64,000 nucleotides of DNA, from the NCBI GenBank assembly GCA_036172245.1, contig JAYWIR010000003.1:4278001-4342000 (forward strand), written 5' to 3'. Position 1 is the stretch's first letter, and each line of letters opens with the position of its first letter. Under the pieces are notes generated by a model. It saw only the letters and a program-made list of their open reading frames with translations, was not told the DNA's origin and searched no databases. Of the stretch, positions 23,570 to 37,310 are shown piece by piece. Origin of the DNA: Raillietiella orientalis (Eukaryota). Made by a program: the position numbers and the translations under genes.

Positions 23570-24960
23570 CAGTGGTTCCCTAAGGTGACCCTCAGGACGA
23601 GGACAGGCATTTCAAGTGAGCGCCAGAGGCTGTCACTGGGTGGCTGATCCTCCATATAAGGAAAAGGACAACATTCTTGTGCAGTCGCCACAAACGCACA
23701 CGCAGGAACTTCGGTCCTCCGCTTCGTACCAGGATACCCGCGTGCTTTGAAGACATGCAGAAATTCTATAAAACTAATATGTCTTCCTGGATCTTTAGAC
23801 CAGAATTTCAGATCTCTCGCTCTTCCTCCTTTCGTCAGGCGCCATCGTGGCTTGCGTCCATCACCAGCCTTCTGTGCCTATCTTCTCTTCAGCTGTCGGT
23901 GATCCTAATACCTTTCGGGATTCTCTGAGCCACGTGTCCTACTGGTAAGCCTTCTTCTACTGCTTTCTCGTCTTTCATGGTGAACGCTGCTACTCTACCG
24001 TTCAAAGCATCATCATCACCATTGAAAAGCATCTGTCTAGAGTGGAGATTACTAGGGGATAAATATTTGCAGAAGAGATCGGCGAAGCTGGCTGTCTGTG
24101 TCATGCATGCCGGCTGGAAAGAGCCCGAAACCGCGTCGCTCCACCTCGAAGAAGCACTGCAAACGGAAGGGTTCGATATCCTCTTGGATTTCATGATGAA
24201 ACGTGGAAGAATCAGTTGGTTGGCCACGGTGCAGACCAGATAGAGTGGAAGACGAACGAACAGCTCAGCTCCGAGTCATCAAGGCTGATATCGAAACGGA
24301 AGGAGCTCGCCTTCGGTTGGTCCCAAGCAACGAATGCCACGAGGTCAAGGATGAAGCGAAACTGGAAGTAGCTTAGGGTCCACAGGATGCTGTTTTCCTA
24401 AGGAGGCAAAAGGAAGAGTCGAAGAGGAAGATGGTTGCGGAACGCAGGTGTGTTTCTCTCCAGTAGATAAAGCTCTTGGAGCATTCACATGTGCAGATTT
24501 TGCAGCGTCCTGAGGCAAAGGGATGCAACATTTGGGTGAGGCTTGAGAGAATGTTGGGGTCTCTTTCAGCACTTGTCATAGAACGAATGGGGTCCACGCG
24601 CAAGAGATTTTTTCCTTTCTTTCCTGCAATCTCTTCAGAGAGTTTACGGCAGGGCCTGTCGGTCATCCGCTCTAGCACCTGTAAAGCCAAGGTTTGGAAT
24701 ACCACAAAGAGCTCTCATCCGAGGTTACCATGGAGCTTGGGAATTTCTTTCATGGGGCTTGTGAAGCGAGGTCCTTCCGGCGTGCTGGTCGGGAGCCAGC
24801 ACACTGAATTGATTCAGGGAAGAGTCACGCGAACAGTGTTTGCTGAGAGGTGGAGTTGTACGGTGGTTTCACGGTACCACCCCACCTCTCAGCCTTCCTG
24901 GTCTGCGTCCTCCCGGCCGTTGATGCCGCTGGCGACGCCCCGCAAGCCATTACCTCACCC
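23570..24960 (-). mobile_element. LINE ORF2 5' relic (APE + start of RT)
   Basis: GVASG, INSVCWLP (APE-like); FTMKDEKAVEEGLPVG (pre-RT); QPLALT*NAC (~23605-23635, cf. RPIALTS). Confidence 0.6.
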
Positions 24961-25659
24961 TCATTAAGCATGTTGGTTGTTAGGTAAATAAGAGAGAGAT
25001 TCAAGCAGGTGGCCGCAGATAAACTCACGTTTTCCTGAGACGTGATCTCTTTCTCGTGATGATCGGCGAATCAGACATTTTTTTCGGCCCCATTCTGCCA
25101 AAAAATAAAAAAAAACAAAAACGAAAACGTAACAGACAGACGAGCAGACACACGCAGCGTTTTTTTTTTTTTTTTCTGCATCCCTTTCACGTGGTCGGCC
25201 TCATCAATTTCTAAGCAGCAAAATCAAAGTCCGATGGTACGAATTCATGCATTAATAAAATCGAATCCATCTCTGCGCCCAATTAAATTAAGCCCCTCGC
25301 AAAAGCCAGTCGGTCCAAGGGGAGCGAACGAGACCTTTTCCTCTGGGATGATCCGCTTGCATTTCACGAGGGGGGCGAAGTCAGGAGGACCCCTCATCTG
25401 CCCCGTAACTCCGGGCCAAAAAAAAATCGCTCCCCGTCAAGCGAAGCTCCGCGGCAGAAAGTGACGGTGCATACCTAACGCCGACCCCGGCGGCCCGCTG
25501 CCCCCACCTGCGGATGACAGTCAGCCGGATTCACTGTCACTACGATTCGGGGAAGTCGCATGTCTGCGCATGCAGACATGACAAATAGGTAGCTGGGCAG
25601 AGAGGGAGCAGCCGCGAGCTTATCTTATTTTTACCAAGCAGACAGCATCTGTACCGACA

Positions 25660-26000
25660 TGGCTTACCCTTTTCTACTTGGATAAGCTGCTTCAAAGGTT
25701 CGTTCCGCTCCATTTTCATCGAGAACGGGCGTTGATGGCATCCCGGAGCAGTGTAATTGAAAAAGGAACATGCTGGAAGTGGAACTAGCAGGGAGCTGCG
25801 GCACTAAAAAACAGCAGGGACTCGCGAAACCCGAGATGTTCCTTCTCGAACGCAGACTTCTTGCGCCCGGAGCAACCCGAGGGGTTGACTTCCGGAGAAA
25901 GAAAGTCTTTACGGAGTCACGCGCCACGGCGGCCCGCCACACACGGTGCGGATCCCCGATCCACCTAATTAAGTCTTCAGAGGTTTCGCTCCACTTTCCA
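25660..26000 (-). mobile_element. Possible RT fragment
   Basis: VKTFFLRKSTPRV...SGFASPCCFLVPQL (cf. xxSFLxxRxxxV...GxPQGxxLSPxL). Confidence 0.4.
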
Positions 26001-28614
26001 CTCGTGGGGCTCGAAGGCCTTGAGACGAAGGGTGGATCGTAAGGCCTTCGACTCCCACGAAGGGTGGGAGCGCTCTTTCCTAGGCGGCCCCATCCGACCT
26101 CGGGCAACGGCAGCCGGCACGGGCCCTCCTCCAGCTTTCCAGTTTTCACTTGTCGCTGCGTGCAAGGCAGGCCGCTCGTTGGAACATGGCGCCTCAGACA
26201 GTGCGCCGTCCACCGTGCTTCGGGCCTCGGGGGCATGGTTTACGGAAACGGACGGGAACAGCAAACGAACGAATTCCCGACCGAGCAGGGCGACAGGCGG
26301 GGGCGAACACCCCGGAGGCATCTCCTCTGCTCGGCGTCGTCGCAGACGCGCGTGAACGTTGCGAAGAGGAGCACTAGGCTCTCTGATCGGAAGAGCGATT
26401 TCTCTTGCAAGCTCTCAGCCGTGTCACGCCGGGCGCGGCCTTTTCGCAAAATGCGATCCGTCATCCCCCGGTCGGGGTGCCGTGCTTTCTCGTGGCCTGG
26501 CCGGTGTCTCTGATCGCCGTGGGCCCTCCATCACCACCCCTCACGCCTCGCCAGACGCCGCCACCGGCTCGGCTCATGGGAAACTCCCTCCAGCGCCAAG
26601 AACCCTTCGCGGAGGAGGGGAAGGGGACAAAAATCGGGATCCAAACCGACTGAGGCGAGCCGCCGACGCCAACAGATGGAGCTGCGCTGGGATGACTTTC
26701 GGCTCAAAACACGCAAGAGCGATCAAAGCAAGAAGGAACGTCGGGAAATGAAATACCAGAAGCGAAATCCTGGGAGCGGAAGCGAGTCCAGCCGCGACTC
26801 CCAGCGGCCGCCGACGGAGAAGGGGAGCGGTGAAAATGACAAACCGAAGGGATAGGGCGAAATCTTCGCCTGTTCCAGGGAGGCGGGAGGGGAGGAGAAG
26901 CGCGCGAGCAGGTGGCACCTCTGCTTCCCGACAAACAGGAGGGATTCAGCGGCCATGGTGGTGGCCACAGGACGCTCCTCGCGGAGCCGGCGATTTCCGG
27001 CTGGATTTCTTGTGCCCATTCGATCCGCCGCCGCCCAAACACGGGCGGTAGAACAAGCGCTCCCCCTTCCCCCGCGTACGCTCAGCTTCCCGTTTTTTCC
27101 GCCGCGGATCCACGGGTTGAGTGGCGACTGCCTCCCGGATGCCACGGCGACGGGAGCCTCAGCGCCCGCGAACCGGCTGGTTCGCGCCGGACAGGAGGGG
27201 CAGCGCCTCGGCATCGGAGCCGGAATCCTGTAGGTACCGTTTATCATCGTGTACCGGGGAAGATGGGACAGCCTCCCGGTGCCGCCGCTCCTCTCCAGAC
27301 GGTGACAGGAGCGAGCGGAGGAGCGGCTCGTTCGCAACCCGGGGGTTGGCGCCGCCGCCGCGCGCGCGCGAGCGCACGCTCTCTCTCCCGGAAACGAGTC
27401 CGCTCCTCCTAATGAAATCAGCCGGCACCGCAACGGATCGATAGGGCTCTCGCGCTCAGACTTCGCGTCCTCCTCCCCCTCATCCACCGCGAGGGAAGCG
27501 CGCGAGCCGCGCGCGCGGGTGCAGCGGCGCCGCGGATGGATGGATGCTGCTGCGCCCAGCTAGCGAGACGGCGCTCCTCCGGATCGAAAAGGGGCAGGGG
27601 GCGCACGTCGCCCGCTGCTATAAATTTCAAATTTAAGGTGTAATTGAGGGAATCAATTTACGTGATGCGATCCGGGGGAGTTTCCGGAGCGAAGTTTCCT
27701 GGAACGAATCCCGAACTCCCGACTCTCTGCAGCGAAAATGATCGACACTGCCGCCCGGACCATTTCGGAAGAGCCATGATTCCGGATAATGAGATCGCTC
27801 TCTCCAGGAAAGAGCAATCTCGTTTTCCTCTCGAACGACAGCACATCTTTAAGTGGAACCCATCCTCGCAGACCAATCGAATGGATCTCCGGGATAATTT
27901 CGCGACTTTTCGGGTGTCTCACGAGGGAGTGGGAGGGGAACCGCTCCGTCTCGAGCTGTCGCTAGTTACGACCCCAGGAGCGTCAAGTGGGAGGTGTCGG
28001 CAGAGGGATAGGGGGGAAGGGGAGGTGCTCCTCCGATGATGCTGATCCCTCCGCCTCCTCGGCTGCGTCCCGATCGAGGGCCAGCCTTCGCCCCCATCGG
28101 TCCCCTACCTGGAACTGCGCGTGCGTAGGCGTCTCCCTCCCGCTGGTGGACCCTAGGAGCACAAGAGCAGGGGAGAATGGGCGTCCGACCCGATTCCTCA
28201 CCCTGGAGGCGGCCTTCTCCATCAGCACGAGGGCCGGCATCAGTGCTTTGGGGGCGGCGGCAAAGGCGCCCAGAAGTCAACAGCAGCAGCCCCGCTGCGC
28301 GGTTTCGGTTCGCGAGCGCTTCAAAAAAGAAAAAACGACTTTCGGCGTTGCGCCCCCTCCTGTCGGGAGAGCGGCAGGACTCCCGCAATCTGTAGCCCAG
28401 AACCAAAGGAGGGCTTCTCGGAATGAGGGTCGGGTGTTGTTTTCTTCTGATCCTGCGGTGTTTACACATTGGCTTGCACATGCACACATCCCGTGACATG
28501 CAGTGGAAGTGACGCGGATAAATCTCGCGTAACCCGACGCCGGGAGCTGCCCCGAATTCCGGGCCGCCCCCGTTTTCCAATTCAGCCGTGACTCCGGCAC
28601 AGCTGCTCCGATAG

Positions 28615-28915
28615 GAGCTTTCAGAGACAGCCAGGGTGGAGGTTTCCTTACGGGAACCTCCCCAGGCGTGAGAGGAACGGACTGCGAGTCCTTCCTGGAG
28701 TCACAGGGTGGACCCCTCCCGGGCTACCCCCCTATCTTGAAGAATCACACGCACCCTCGGGTGGCGTGGAACAGTGTTAAAGAGCTGAGTGAGCCGCTGC
28801 CAGGGGCGCGATGGTTCTTGGAGAACCAAAAAAAGGAAAACCCGAAAAGAGAAAAAAAAAAAAAAGGCGGAAGGAAAACAGCGAAGACAGAAAAAGAACC
28901 CAAAGGATTTCCATC
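28615..28915 (+). mobile_element. Candidate SINE, copy 3 (5'-truncated)
   Basis: ttcctggagtcacag...ttgaagaatcacacgcaccctcgggtggcgtgg...ggttctt...A-rich...cccaaaggat matches the 3' third of copies 1 and 2. Confidence 0.7.
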
Positions 28916-29227
28916 ATTTCGCAAAGCGAATCCGAGTATCCTGGAAGAGCGGGGAGCGCGCACGCGTTCCGGAATGCCGGCCAGCCGACGCAGCCGTCTC
29001 CCAGCGGGAAGTGACCCTTCCTGCCGTCATCGTTGATGCATGAACGCATCGTAAGCACCGAGGGACATCCAGCCACCGCAGCGGCGCGAAGGGAAACGGA
29101 AAAACCCAAGGTGAGCCGGGATGGGCTCCCTTGTGCTGTTGGAGAACTGCCGATCCTCTCCGGAGGAAGTGCCAGCGCTTGTGGTGCGCCTTGGCGCCTG
29201 CCACTGGCCAACCTTAAAGAGCCTTAA

Positions 29228-29277
29228 AGAGTCCAGACGAATCCTTGGCCAAAGGGCCAAGGATTCGTCTGGACTCT
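29228..29277. repeat. Perfect inverted repeat, 23 bp arms, 4 nt loop
   Basis: agagtccagacgaatccttggcc-aaag-ggccaaggattcgtctggactct. Confidence 0.95.
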
Positions 29278-29279
29278 GG

Positions 29280-32200
29280 TGAGGTTCCCCGTTGGGTATC
29301 TCTTCGTGACCGCGGCCTCCTCACCCGACTTCACGAGAGAGCAGCTTTGCCTCAAGGACATTTGCAGGTTCGTCCACTCTTGCAGACAGGGCCAGTGGAA
29401 CAGGGCAGAGAAGCATCAAGACTTTCCTCTTCAGGATGAGGTAAACAGAGCCGGGTGCTCCTGAGGGAACCCTGCTCCAGCTGCTTCCGTCTTGCAAAGG
29501 TTCCTCCACGTCTATCACCCGTAGTCAACGAGGAAAGCCGGCAGTTCCCCAGAAGCTTTGAAAACTGCCTAACCGACGACACTCTGCTTTCCTCTCCTGA
29601 TGCTGGATGATCGAAGTGGGCGTTCCTCGAGGTCCCAGCCACCTTCTTTCGCACTACCACATCCCTTGGCGCTTCCGGAAAAGGGAATCTTGATGCCACA
29701 AATTCCCTCCTGCCTGGTGCGAGCACGTCGTCCGGACGGAGGCGCACAAACGCAGGAAAGGGCCTGGAGTGTCTCAGAAGGACTTCCAAGCTCGGTCATC
29801 CGTGAGGGTTTCATCCTTTTCAGCTTTCGAGTTTCAGCCTGCGAACCCACCGAAGTGGCGGTGTGCACCACGATCACCGTCTTCCAATCAAGAAATCACT
29901 TTTCGTGAGAGCGCCAGCTCCCCTGAGCTCACCCGGACTCTCTCGCAAGGGTAGAAATCATTAGGAAGAGTCGGGGATTTTCCATGAAACTTGAACCCAT
30001 AATGAATCCCATCAGCAGTTGCAGTTTCTTGGTAACGGCTCGGCTAAGTGCCCCTCGCGATGCTCTTGTTTCTTTAGATCCCGAAGTCAGGGGCTCGCCT
30101 CCAGGAGTCGATTAGCGTGGTGTGCCTCGTCTTTTGCGCCTCTAAGTTTACGGGATCGAAAGGAATGGGGTGCGCGCGAGAGAAAGCGAATCCATCTCTG
30201 CAGCTCCGGTCGAGAAAAGGCTCCGTTCCTCGTGCCTGTCCGTTTTGCTTCTCATCTCACACAGGGAGATTGCGATCTACGAGTACCATTATCACAAATC
30301 GCGCCCCGGGATCTCCAAGATGCGGCTACTCTACACAGCTTCTCCATCGAAATCTCCGTTCTCCGTGAGATGCGTGCCAACTACCGTTATTGAGATTGCT
30401 CGGTTCTTGAGCTGTACCGATTCGATTTCGGAGGATTACCTTCAGCTCCGTTGCATCCTCTCCCTTCCATCCGCTGAAGAAGAGTTCATCTTGACTGACG
30501 TTATTCTTGAGTTTCACAAGCCAGAAGCTTTTCTAAGCTCGAGAAAACATCGATTTTTTGGTGTTTGAAGGCGCCGCCCTCTCCTCTGCAGACCACTCGC
30601 TGACCAGCCCTTTGACACTATCCAACGCATGGCAAATTGTCACTTGAAAATTCTTCCCAGCCCAGAAAAGTTCGCAGCCACCACCAGCCACGAAGATCTC
30701 ATGTCAGAAGTGGTGCACAGTGGATAAAAAAAAAAATCATCTGAGAGAGTCCTCGTGGGTTTCAAATGCCTCCTGCATGCTCAGAGAAGGAAGGAGACGA
30801 ATTCCCGGATCAAGGCTGTTTACCGCGGTGTAACCCGTGGCCTCGACTTGGGAGCCAATCCTGCCGTCTGGGACCTTCTGGTTTCCAGGGTGTGCGTTTT
30901 CGTAGGACAGTGAGCCTTGCTGAAGGCGGCTGCCTATCTCGTGCTTCCGGGATGAGCATCCAGGGCGCGGACGCTGGTTGCATCTCGTGCACTCTAAGAG
31001 CGGAATGCTTCTTGTTCATCGCCTTCTGCGGGCAAGCGTGTGCCTCAGGACAACTGAGGTTTCCTTGTCTAGGAGGATGCTTACCAATCATTCGCTCGCT
31101 TCGCTCGCTGAAGAGCTCTAGTCCCTCAGCCAATTCCAGTCTCTCGGGAAGACGCAGCTGATTTGGGGCCTGCCCCCCCAACTCTGCAGGTTTCTGGAAT
31201 CCGTGAGGTCACCCCAGGTTGACTTTCGATCGAAAGGTGCTATTGATGCGGAAGTGGTCTCTTCATGGTGAGTCGAAAGGAGCACAGAAAGCTTTTGTCT
31301 TCTGTTGACCTAGAGCACCTCGTGGTGATGTTTTGACAGGTCTTGAGTTCCTGAGCCGGGAATTTTCTTCCAGGCTCAGGCTCGGGGAATACTTCGAAGC
31401 TAACCGAACCCTTCCTGGAGACGGCGACTACCTGTGGACTCTGTTGAGTGGACTTGTGAACAGTAGAAGTTCACTCACAAACCCTTACTGAATCAGGAAG
31501 TGCTCTGAGCTGGACTGTCATTTGAGGAAGGAGAGACGGAGATGGGATAGGATGAAACCTCTCAAAGGATTGTTGCTAGGGCAGTCTTTGCTCTTCAGTG
31601 TTTGACATCTCCGCTTTAATCGTAATCCCACCTTTCCTCTCCTGATACTCCATCTGTTAACCGGATATTCAGTTACAGGGTCTAGTGTTGCCTCCGCTAT
31701 CCCGAAAGTTGGCAAGAGGTAACCCGGCGCTGCTCGCGGCCACGCTGCAGTCCCTCTGATGGCTTGCGGACTCCCGAGCTCCTCAATTCCTTTCAAAGGA
31801 ACCGAAGGAAGGGCTTAAGGACACCCCCCTGTGCTCCTTGAGGAGGCGAGAAGAGGAATTGATTCGCCGAAGGAGGGAATCCCAGCGTAGTCCGAGAACC
31901 AGAAGCAGGTAGCTCCCCCAGCAAGAGAAAAAATCTACTTGTGCTTGCGGAGTACTCAGATCGACATATTGCAGTCGGTCCAGACGAAGTGGCACGGCAG
32001 ATTGAGGTTGCTGCATGCGATATAGGAACTAGTCCCTGGCTGCTCCAAGAGTCAGAAGCCAGAAGCCTCAACTGGCTTTGCCGTGCTTCTTTTTGCAACA
32101 GATGTGATGAGATGCGTCGCTCGCAGCTCCCTCTCTGATCCCTTGAGGGAGTTTTTTCGAAGAAGGCCAAGGAACGATTCTTTCAGATCGCTGTCGGACT
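29280..32200 (-). mobile_element. Decayed LINE (gag remnant to RT core)
   Basis: RRCQTLKSKDCP (~31580-31615, knuckle-like); DWKTVIVV (~29870-29890), AHFDH (~29610), RVPSGAPGSVYL and LSARVDEP (~29370-29475) in RT order. The middle part is poorly resolved. Confidence 0.5.
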
Positions 32201-32619
32201 CTCCGAGTGGGCAGCCGCTCGCTGTTTGAAGAGGCTCACTCGGGACCATCTGCAAGGTGCCAGCCGCCTGACGGGAAGGCAACACGAAGTGTCTTCCGCT
32301 TTCACTGAAGGCAATCGACGTGACTCGGGCGGGCGATGCGGGACTCCGCTGTTTACGAGGGCTCATCGAGAGCTGTGGACTGCGGGCAAGCCTCGCGGAA
32401 GCTCCAGAGAAGGGAGAAAAAGTGGCTCAGAAGAACGAGTGGCTCCAGGCGGATGAAGATCCGGGAGTCTCCCGCATGCTCCGCTCCTTCACCCTCACCG
32501 GTTGCAGGACGAAAATTCTCCCGCTTTTCTGACGTGTTCATCCTTGCACCATTCTTCCTTCTTCTCGGTCCACCCACTCCTACTCTGAGTGCGTCGGTAC
32601 TGAGCTCTCTGGACTAGTT

Positions 32620-34100
32620 TCTGGGGATGTCCTCATTGGATCTCTCGAACAAACGCCACCTACGCCTCTATCACATGGACAGGGACATCGCAGTAACTGC
32701 TAACAGTTCCTTCATTTGCAAATCATCCCAAGCGCGGATGAAGGATGAGGAGAAGAGGGTGTCACAGGGCGTGCGAGGAGTACACGACTATATACTTTTC
32801 GAACAAAGGTTTCTTTTCCATCAAAAAAGCATTCTCCTCTAGCGCTTGCTCCCCTAAATCTCATCTTCTGCCAATCACTGGTATCTGCATCTCGCCTCGT
32901 TGCTCCCCTCAATCTTCTTGCTACTGCCAGTTATGTCTGCAGCCGACATATCAGCCAACTGATGACGATCGTGGAGAGACAGGGAGGAGCTGGCCCTCTC
33001 AAGACGTCAGGTATCTAGTGAACCTATTGCGGGAACAGAACCGAAGCCCCATCCACCGTTTCAGGAAAGATGCAGGTCATCGCTTGCCCTTACGAGTACT
33101 CGTCGAGGGTGTGGAAGGAGGTGGAATGACTCCCTAGGACTTCGCCTCCAGTGCGCCCTCCACCGTAGTTGTAGCAGGATGTCTCCTACCGAGAAGGAAT
33201 TCTCGATGGGGATTCATTGTTTCAAAGGAACAGAAGAAGAGGTGAGGGGAACGGTGAGAGGCGAAAACTGGATGCTTCAGGGATATGTGCTGGAGGCACG
33301 GGATTTGTACAGCGTCCGTAATGAGGAATCACAGTCCCACCATGAGGTTGGATCGATGAAAGGAGACCGGTGCAAGACATGGCGGTGGAAATTCGCGCTC
33401 TCCGTTTGTTCGCACCCTCTTTCTTTAGGAAGAGGCAGCAAGCCGACTGCTCCACAGAAGAGAAATGGGCTGGACTAGCTCGCACTGAAGACTCTTTTCT
33501 AAGTGGTAACCCTGCTCTTCTTGAGATCGACCTAGGAAGAGTGAAGTGCTACCAGAGGGTTTCTCGTGGTCACCGAAGCGGGAAAGGAATTGGTGGAAAG
33601 GATCTTCAAGCAAGATGAAAAGAGAACATTTTGATCTTTCAGCTGAAATTGGATCACTGCCCTCCTTTTGGCGTTGCTCAGGCCCTTCGATGCAGGTTTG
33701 CTCCAGATGCATCTCATGAAGGTCGACGGGAGCTCCTCTCCCACTGAAGCCGGTGGGACTCCGTGCAAGAAAGTGGTTGGGACATCCTTCCGGAGCGAAG
33801 GAGCGTTCTAGACCTGGTGCTGCTGGAGAGAGTCTGCACAAGGACGGAGACGTTGCTTTTGGGTTCTCTGGAATAGGAATCGCACGCGAGGGGTCTCGCA
33901 AAAAAAAGGAAGCCTTCATAGGGAGCTTTCAGAAAGGGGAAGAGGATGTGACGAACTGTCTTCAAGGTGGCGAGCAGGTCGGCAAGCATCCGCCTCTCCT
34001 CAAATCTCCAACGGTCATGGCAATTGTGAGAGAGAGTGCCGACCAGGGTGAGAGTTATGTTCGCACCCGGGGGCGAACAAAACTGCCATCTTCCTGTTTA
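32620..34100 (-). mobile_element. LINE RT relic
   Basis: ORF 33425-33919 SRAIPIPENPKATSPSLCRLS...GLERS...TGFSGRGAPVD; later GASVLFPQ (~33030-33050, cf. QGSVLSP), AADIT (~32930, YADD position) and FFDGKET. Confidence 0.75.
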
Positions 34101-35199
34101 TAAAGAAACGTCTCCTTCTGGAACACTTCCTTTTGCCTCTTTATCGGATTCCCTGCGAACAGGAGAAGCATCGGGGGGGGGGGGGGGAATTGGAAGTTGT
34201 TCCCGTCCCCCTCCCATCGGACTTTGCGCGCGGGCGCATTCCTGATTTCCACGTTCGGGGGGGGATTGCGTGGCAACGGCGAGTCGGCGGGAAACAACAA
34301 AAGCATTTTCCGGTTGCCCGCGTGTGCACCGCGTGCAAGCGACAGAAAGTGTCCTCGATCCTTCCCGCGGCGTCCCCGAAAGATGCATGTCCGCTTCGCC
34401 CGCGCCGCTCCCAGTGGTCGTCAAGGAAACAGGAGTGAGGAGGGGAAGAGAAGTTGGGATTTCGACGTGCACGCTCGTTTGCAGCTCCGATCTGGCCCCG
34501 TGCGACGAAATTGGGCTTCCGGCAGCTTCGGTCCAACCTTCCCCTTCCTCCCCTCCCCCCAAGTCCCGAATTTACCAGACAGTGGGCTGAAGATCCTCTC
34601 AAACCTCCCGGGACTCGGAGCGATGCGCTCCGTGGAGTGAGCAACGTCAGCGAGAGCTCAGCCGGCTACAGAGACCACCGAAGGAACCCTCCGCTGGATG
34701 GCGCAGCAAACGCGAAAGAACTGTTGGTAGCTCTGAGGTGTAAGGGAGCTCTTGGCCTGCGTTCAGACCTCCTGCGGAAGAAGAGCCACCTTCTAGGAAA
34801 GAAGAATCCCGGAAGGTCTTGACCCTTGGAGTTCCGCCTGTGTAAGACAGCGCCGAAGAGCAGGGAGGAACAAGTCGAGCGCGAGAGTGCCATCAGCTGC
34901 CCGGAAGGGAACGCGAGCGTCAGTCGCCCGGAAGCGACCCGAGAATTGACCTCTTCTCCAGTTTCGGGTCCGCCGCTCAGGCAGCGGCGACCCCGGCAGT
35001 CCGGCTGCACCTCGCTTCTCCCGCGTGCTATGTGCTTCGGATGGGGCGGCCGCATCCCAGGGATTTCCGCGATTCCCGCCCCTTCCTCGAGCTCCTCGGA
35101 ACTCCACTGCGTAGACGAAGAGCTGCCGTGAGAAGGATGCCTTCGGGTGAAGGGGATGTTCTGCGGTGATTTTCGCACATGCTGCCGCCCAACGAACAG

Positions 35200-36050
35200 G
35201 AATGAGTGACAGTAGGACAGCGGGGGTCCTACCTCGCGTGCTATTGGAATGCCGCGGGTTGCGGCAGGGACGCATTACCCAAGCGAGTCTCCCCGGGCCG
35301 CCTTTCGGTTGACGATCCTCCGCCCCGGGCGAGCAGAGATGATCGCCCAAGTGGGCGAAGCGTCCTACTGCCGTCCAGGGATGCCCCTGGCTGCCCGCAC
35401 GGGAAGGGCGTTGAAGTAACCCAACAGAGCGTGTGAAGAATGAGGGAGCCATCGGAGGGCTGTGGACAGACCGACGCGGCACCAGTGGATGTACCATGTC
35501 CCTTCCCTTCCCTACGCAGACCCTTGGAGAGAACCGAAAGACGACTGTGAGATTCGCGCATCCCATCCCCTATTTATTCGGTTTTTCTTCCTCCCTTCCT
35601 CCCTTCCCTTCACTCTTGCCCGACTGTGCCTTAGTGGAATTTGAGCCTTTCGTTTCTACATGCTGACCACCCTTTCTCTGTAAATTATATTTATTTCTTG
35701 CAGACAATGGACGGCAATTCCAGATGAGGTCATCCCTGGGCTGTCGGCTCCAAACCGGTGACAGCGCTCAACGTCCTATCCTCCTCGTTCTCATCCCTGC
35801 TTGGCTCAGATCTCCGGGAATGATGCGTCGTCACCGTGGGCTCACTTCCACTCCCTATTCACCTGCTGACCTTCCTTCCTCTCCTTACGCTCCTACCCAC
35901 TTTTGTCCCCAGTATGGGAAGTCCTTTTTCTTCCGTACCGGCACTTGTCCGTCCCTCTGCCTCTGCAAGAGGAGGTGGCAACTTTGAATACTTTGAATGG
36001 ACTGCGAGGCAACATGGGATGAAAGATCACGACGGAATTTGCTATTAAAA
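35200..36050 (+). mobile_element. APE endonuclease relic
   Basis: YLACYWNAAG (~35230-35260, APE WNxxG), TDRRGTSG, and GGNFEYFEW (~35975, cf. GDFN..W). Confidence 0.5.
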
Positions 36051-36199
36051 AAAAAAAAATTAATAAAAATGAAAATCAAGAAAGATGAGGATAGGAAGGA
36101 CTCGCAGATCCGCAGGTCGGATGCTTGAGATGCACTTAGAGACGGCCGGGAAGGGACGACAGATAAACAGGAAAAAAGGGTTCGGTAGGAGGGTGGGTC

Positions 36200-37310
36200 A
36201 GGGCTGACGATTCCACGTCTGGAGAATGGGCACCACGCGGGTGACTCTCCTCGGCAGCTTCTTCATCCCAAAGGGATCGTCCCCCCGCACTCTTTCGTCA
36301 CCGAAGCAGCCATGGGGATGACTTCCTGTGGCTGCTGGCGCAACTCCCATGCGCAGCGGTCCTTCGCGGCCTCTGGGGCGCTTCATGGCGTCGCGGTAGC
36401 TGCGGAGGGAGCACGTCCATCCTCCCTAACGAAGAAGCGGCGGAGCAAGCAGCTAAGGCCGACCTCTGGATGCCTCAAGGCGCTCCCTCCGCAGAACGGG
36501 ATGTACCGCAGCCCCTCAGAGGGTGCGGATCATCCTGCAGACCTGTTGCCTTTCTGAGAGGCGTGCCCCTCCCCCTGGAAAGGTTAGTAAACGCACTCAT
36601 CACTCCGAAATCCACCGCGTGATACTGCTGCCACTAGAGAAGAAGCGAAGAAGCGTCCACTCACAGGTGAAGAACCACAAGTTACTCCAGAGACGTGCTC
36701 AAGATCCGATCCAGTGTCCATTCCCTTGAGCGGTCCACGCGGAGCGGTCACGTTGGTCATCACCTTTGCCGATCGTCCTCCGAGGAGTTTCTCTCTGCCC
36801 CTACCAGCGTGCAGGAGAGCTCCTCGCCTTACGAGTGGTTCTTTCTTAGGGAGCACAGCGACGGGGACTCAAAGAGCGGACATCCCGCACTGTCGTCGTC
36901 TCCGGGGAGGTCTGTCCGAAGACATGTGCAGGAGAAAGTGCTTTAGGGATGGTGCCCACATGTCCGCCGAGCATTCGTGGGGTGCATGCAGGAAGTCCAT
37001 TCGCTCAGCCTCATCAGGGAAGCGAGCTGCTTCAGACCCAGGAGCTCCATCCACCTCCGGTTGCGTGACAGCAGAGGTAAGACCCTCGTAACCGGCCTTT
37101 CTTCGTAGCTGTAGCAGGCAGGAAAGGCGCCAATGCACATCCCGGCCATCAGAGCCAGTCTTCGAGATGAAAGCTTCAAGTCTCAACCTGGGATAGAGGG
37201 ACATTGCAGTCCTCTGCAGCTTCCTTGAGATGGAAGCGATGCCCTCTTTCGCTTCCTCCCTCAGACAGAGCCACTTTTCAACGTTCGTCACCATGGAGGT
37301 TTTCATCCGA
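36200..37310 (-). mobile_element. Decayed RT fragment
   Basis: SAVTQPEV...ARFPD, VAVLPKKEP...REKLL (cf. ITxxEV..PGPD, VxIPK..KLLE). Confidence 0.55.
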
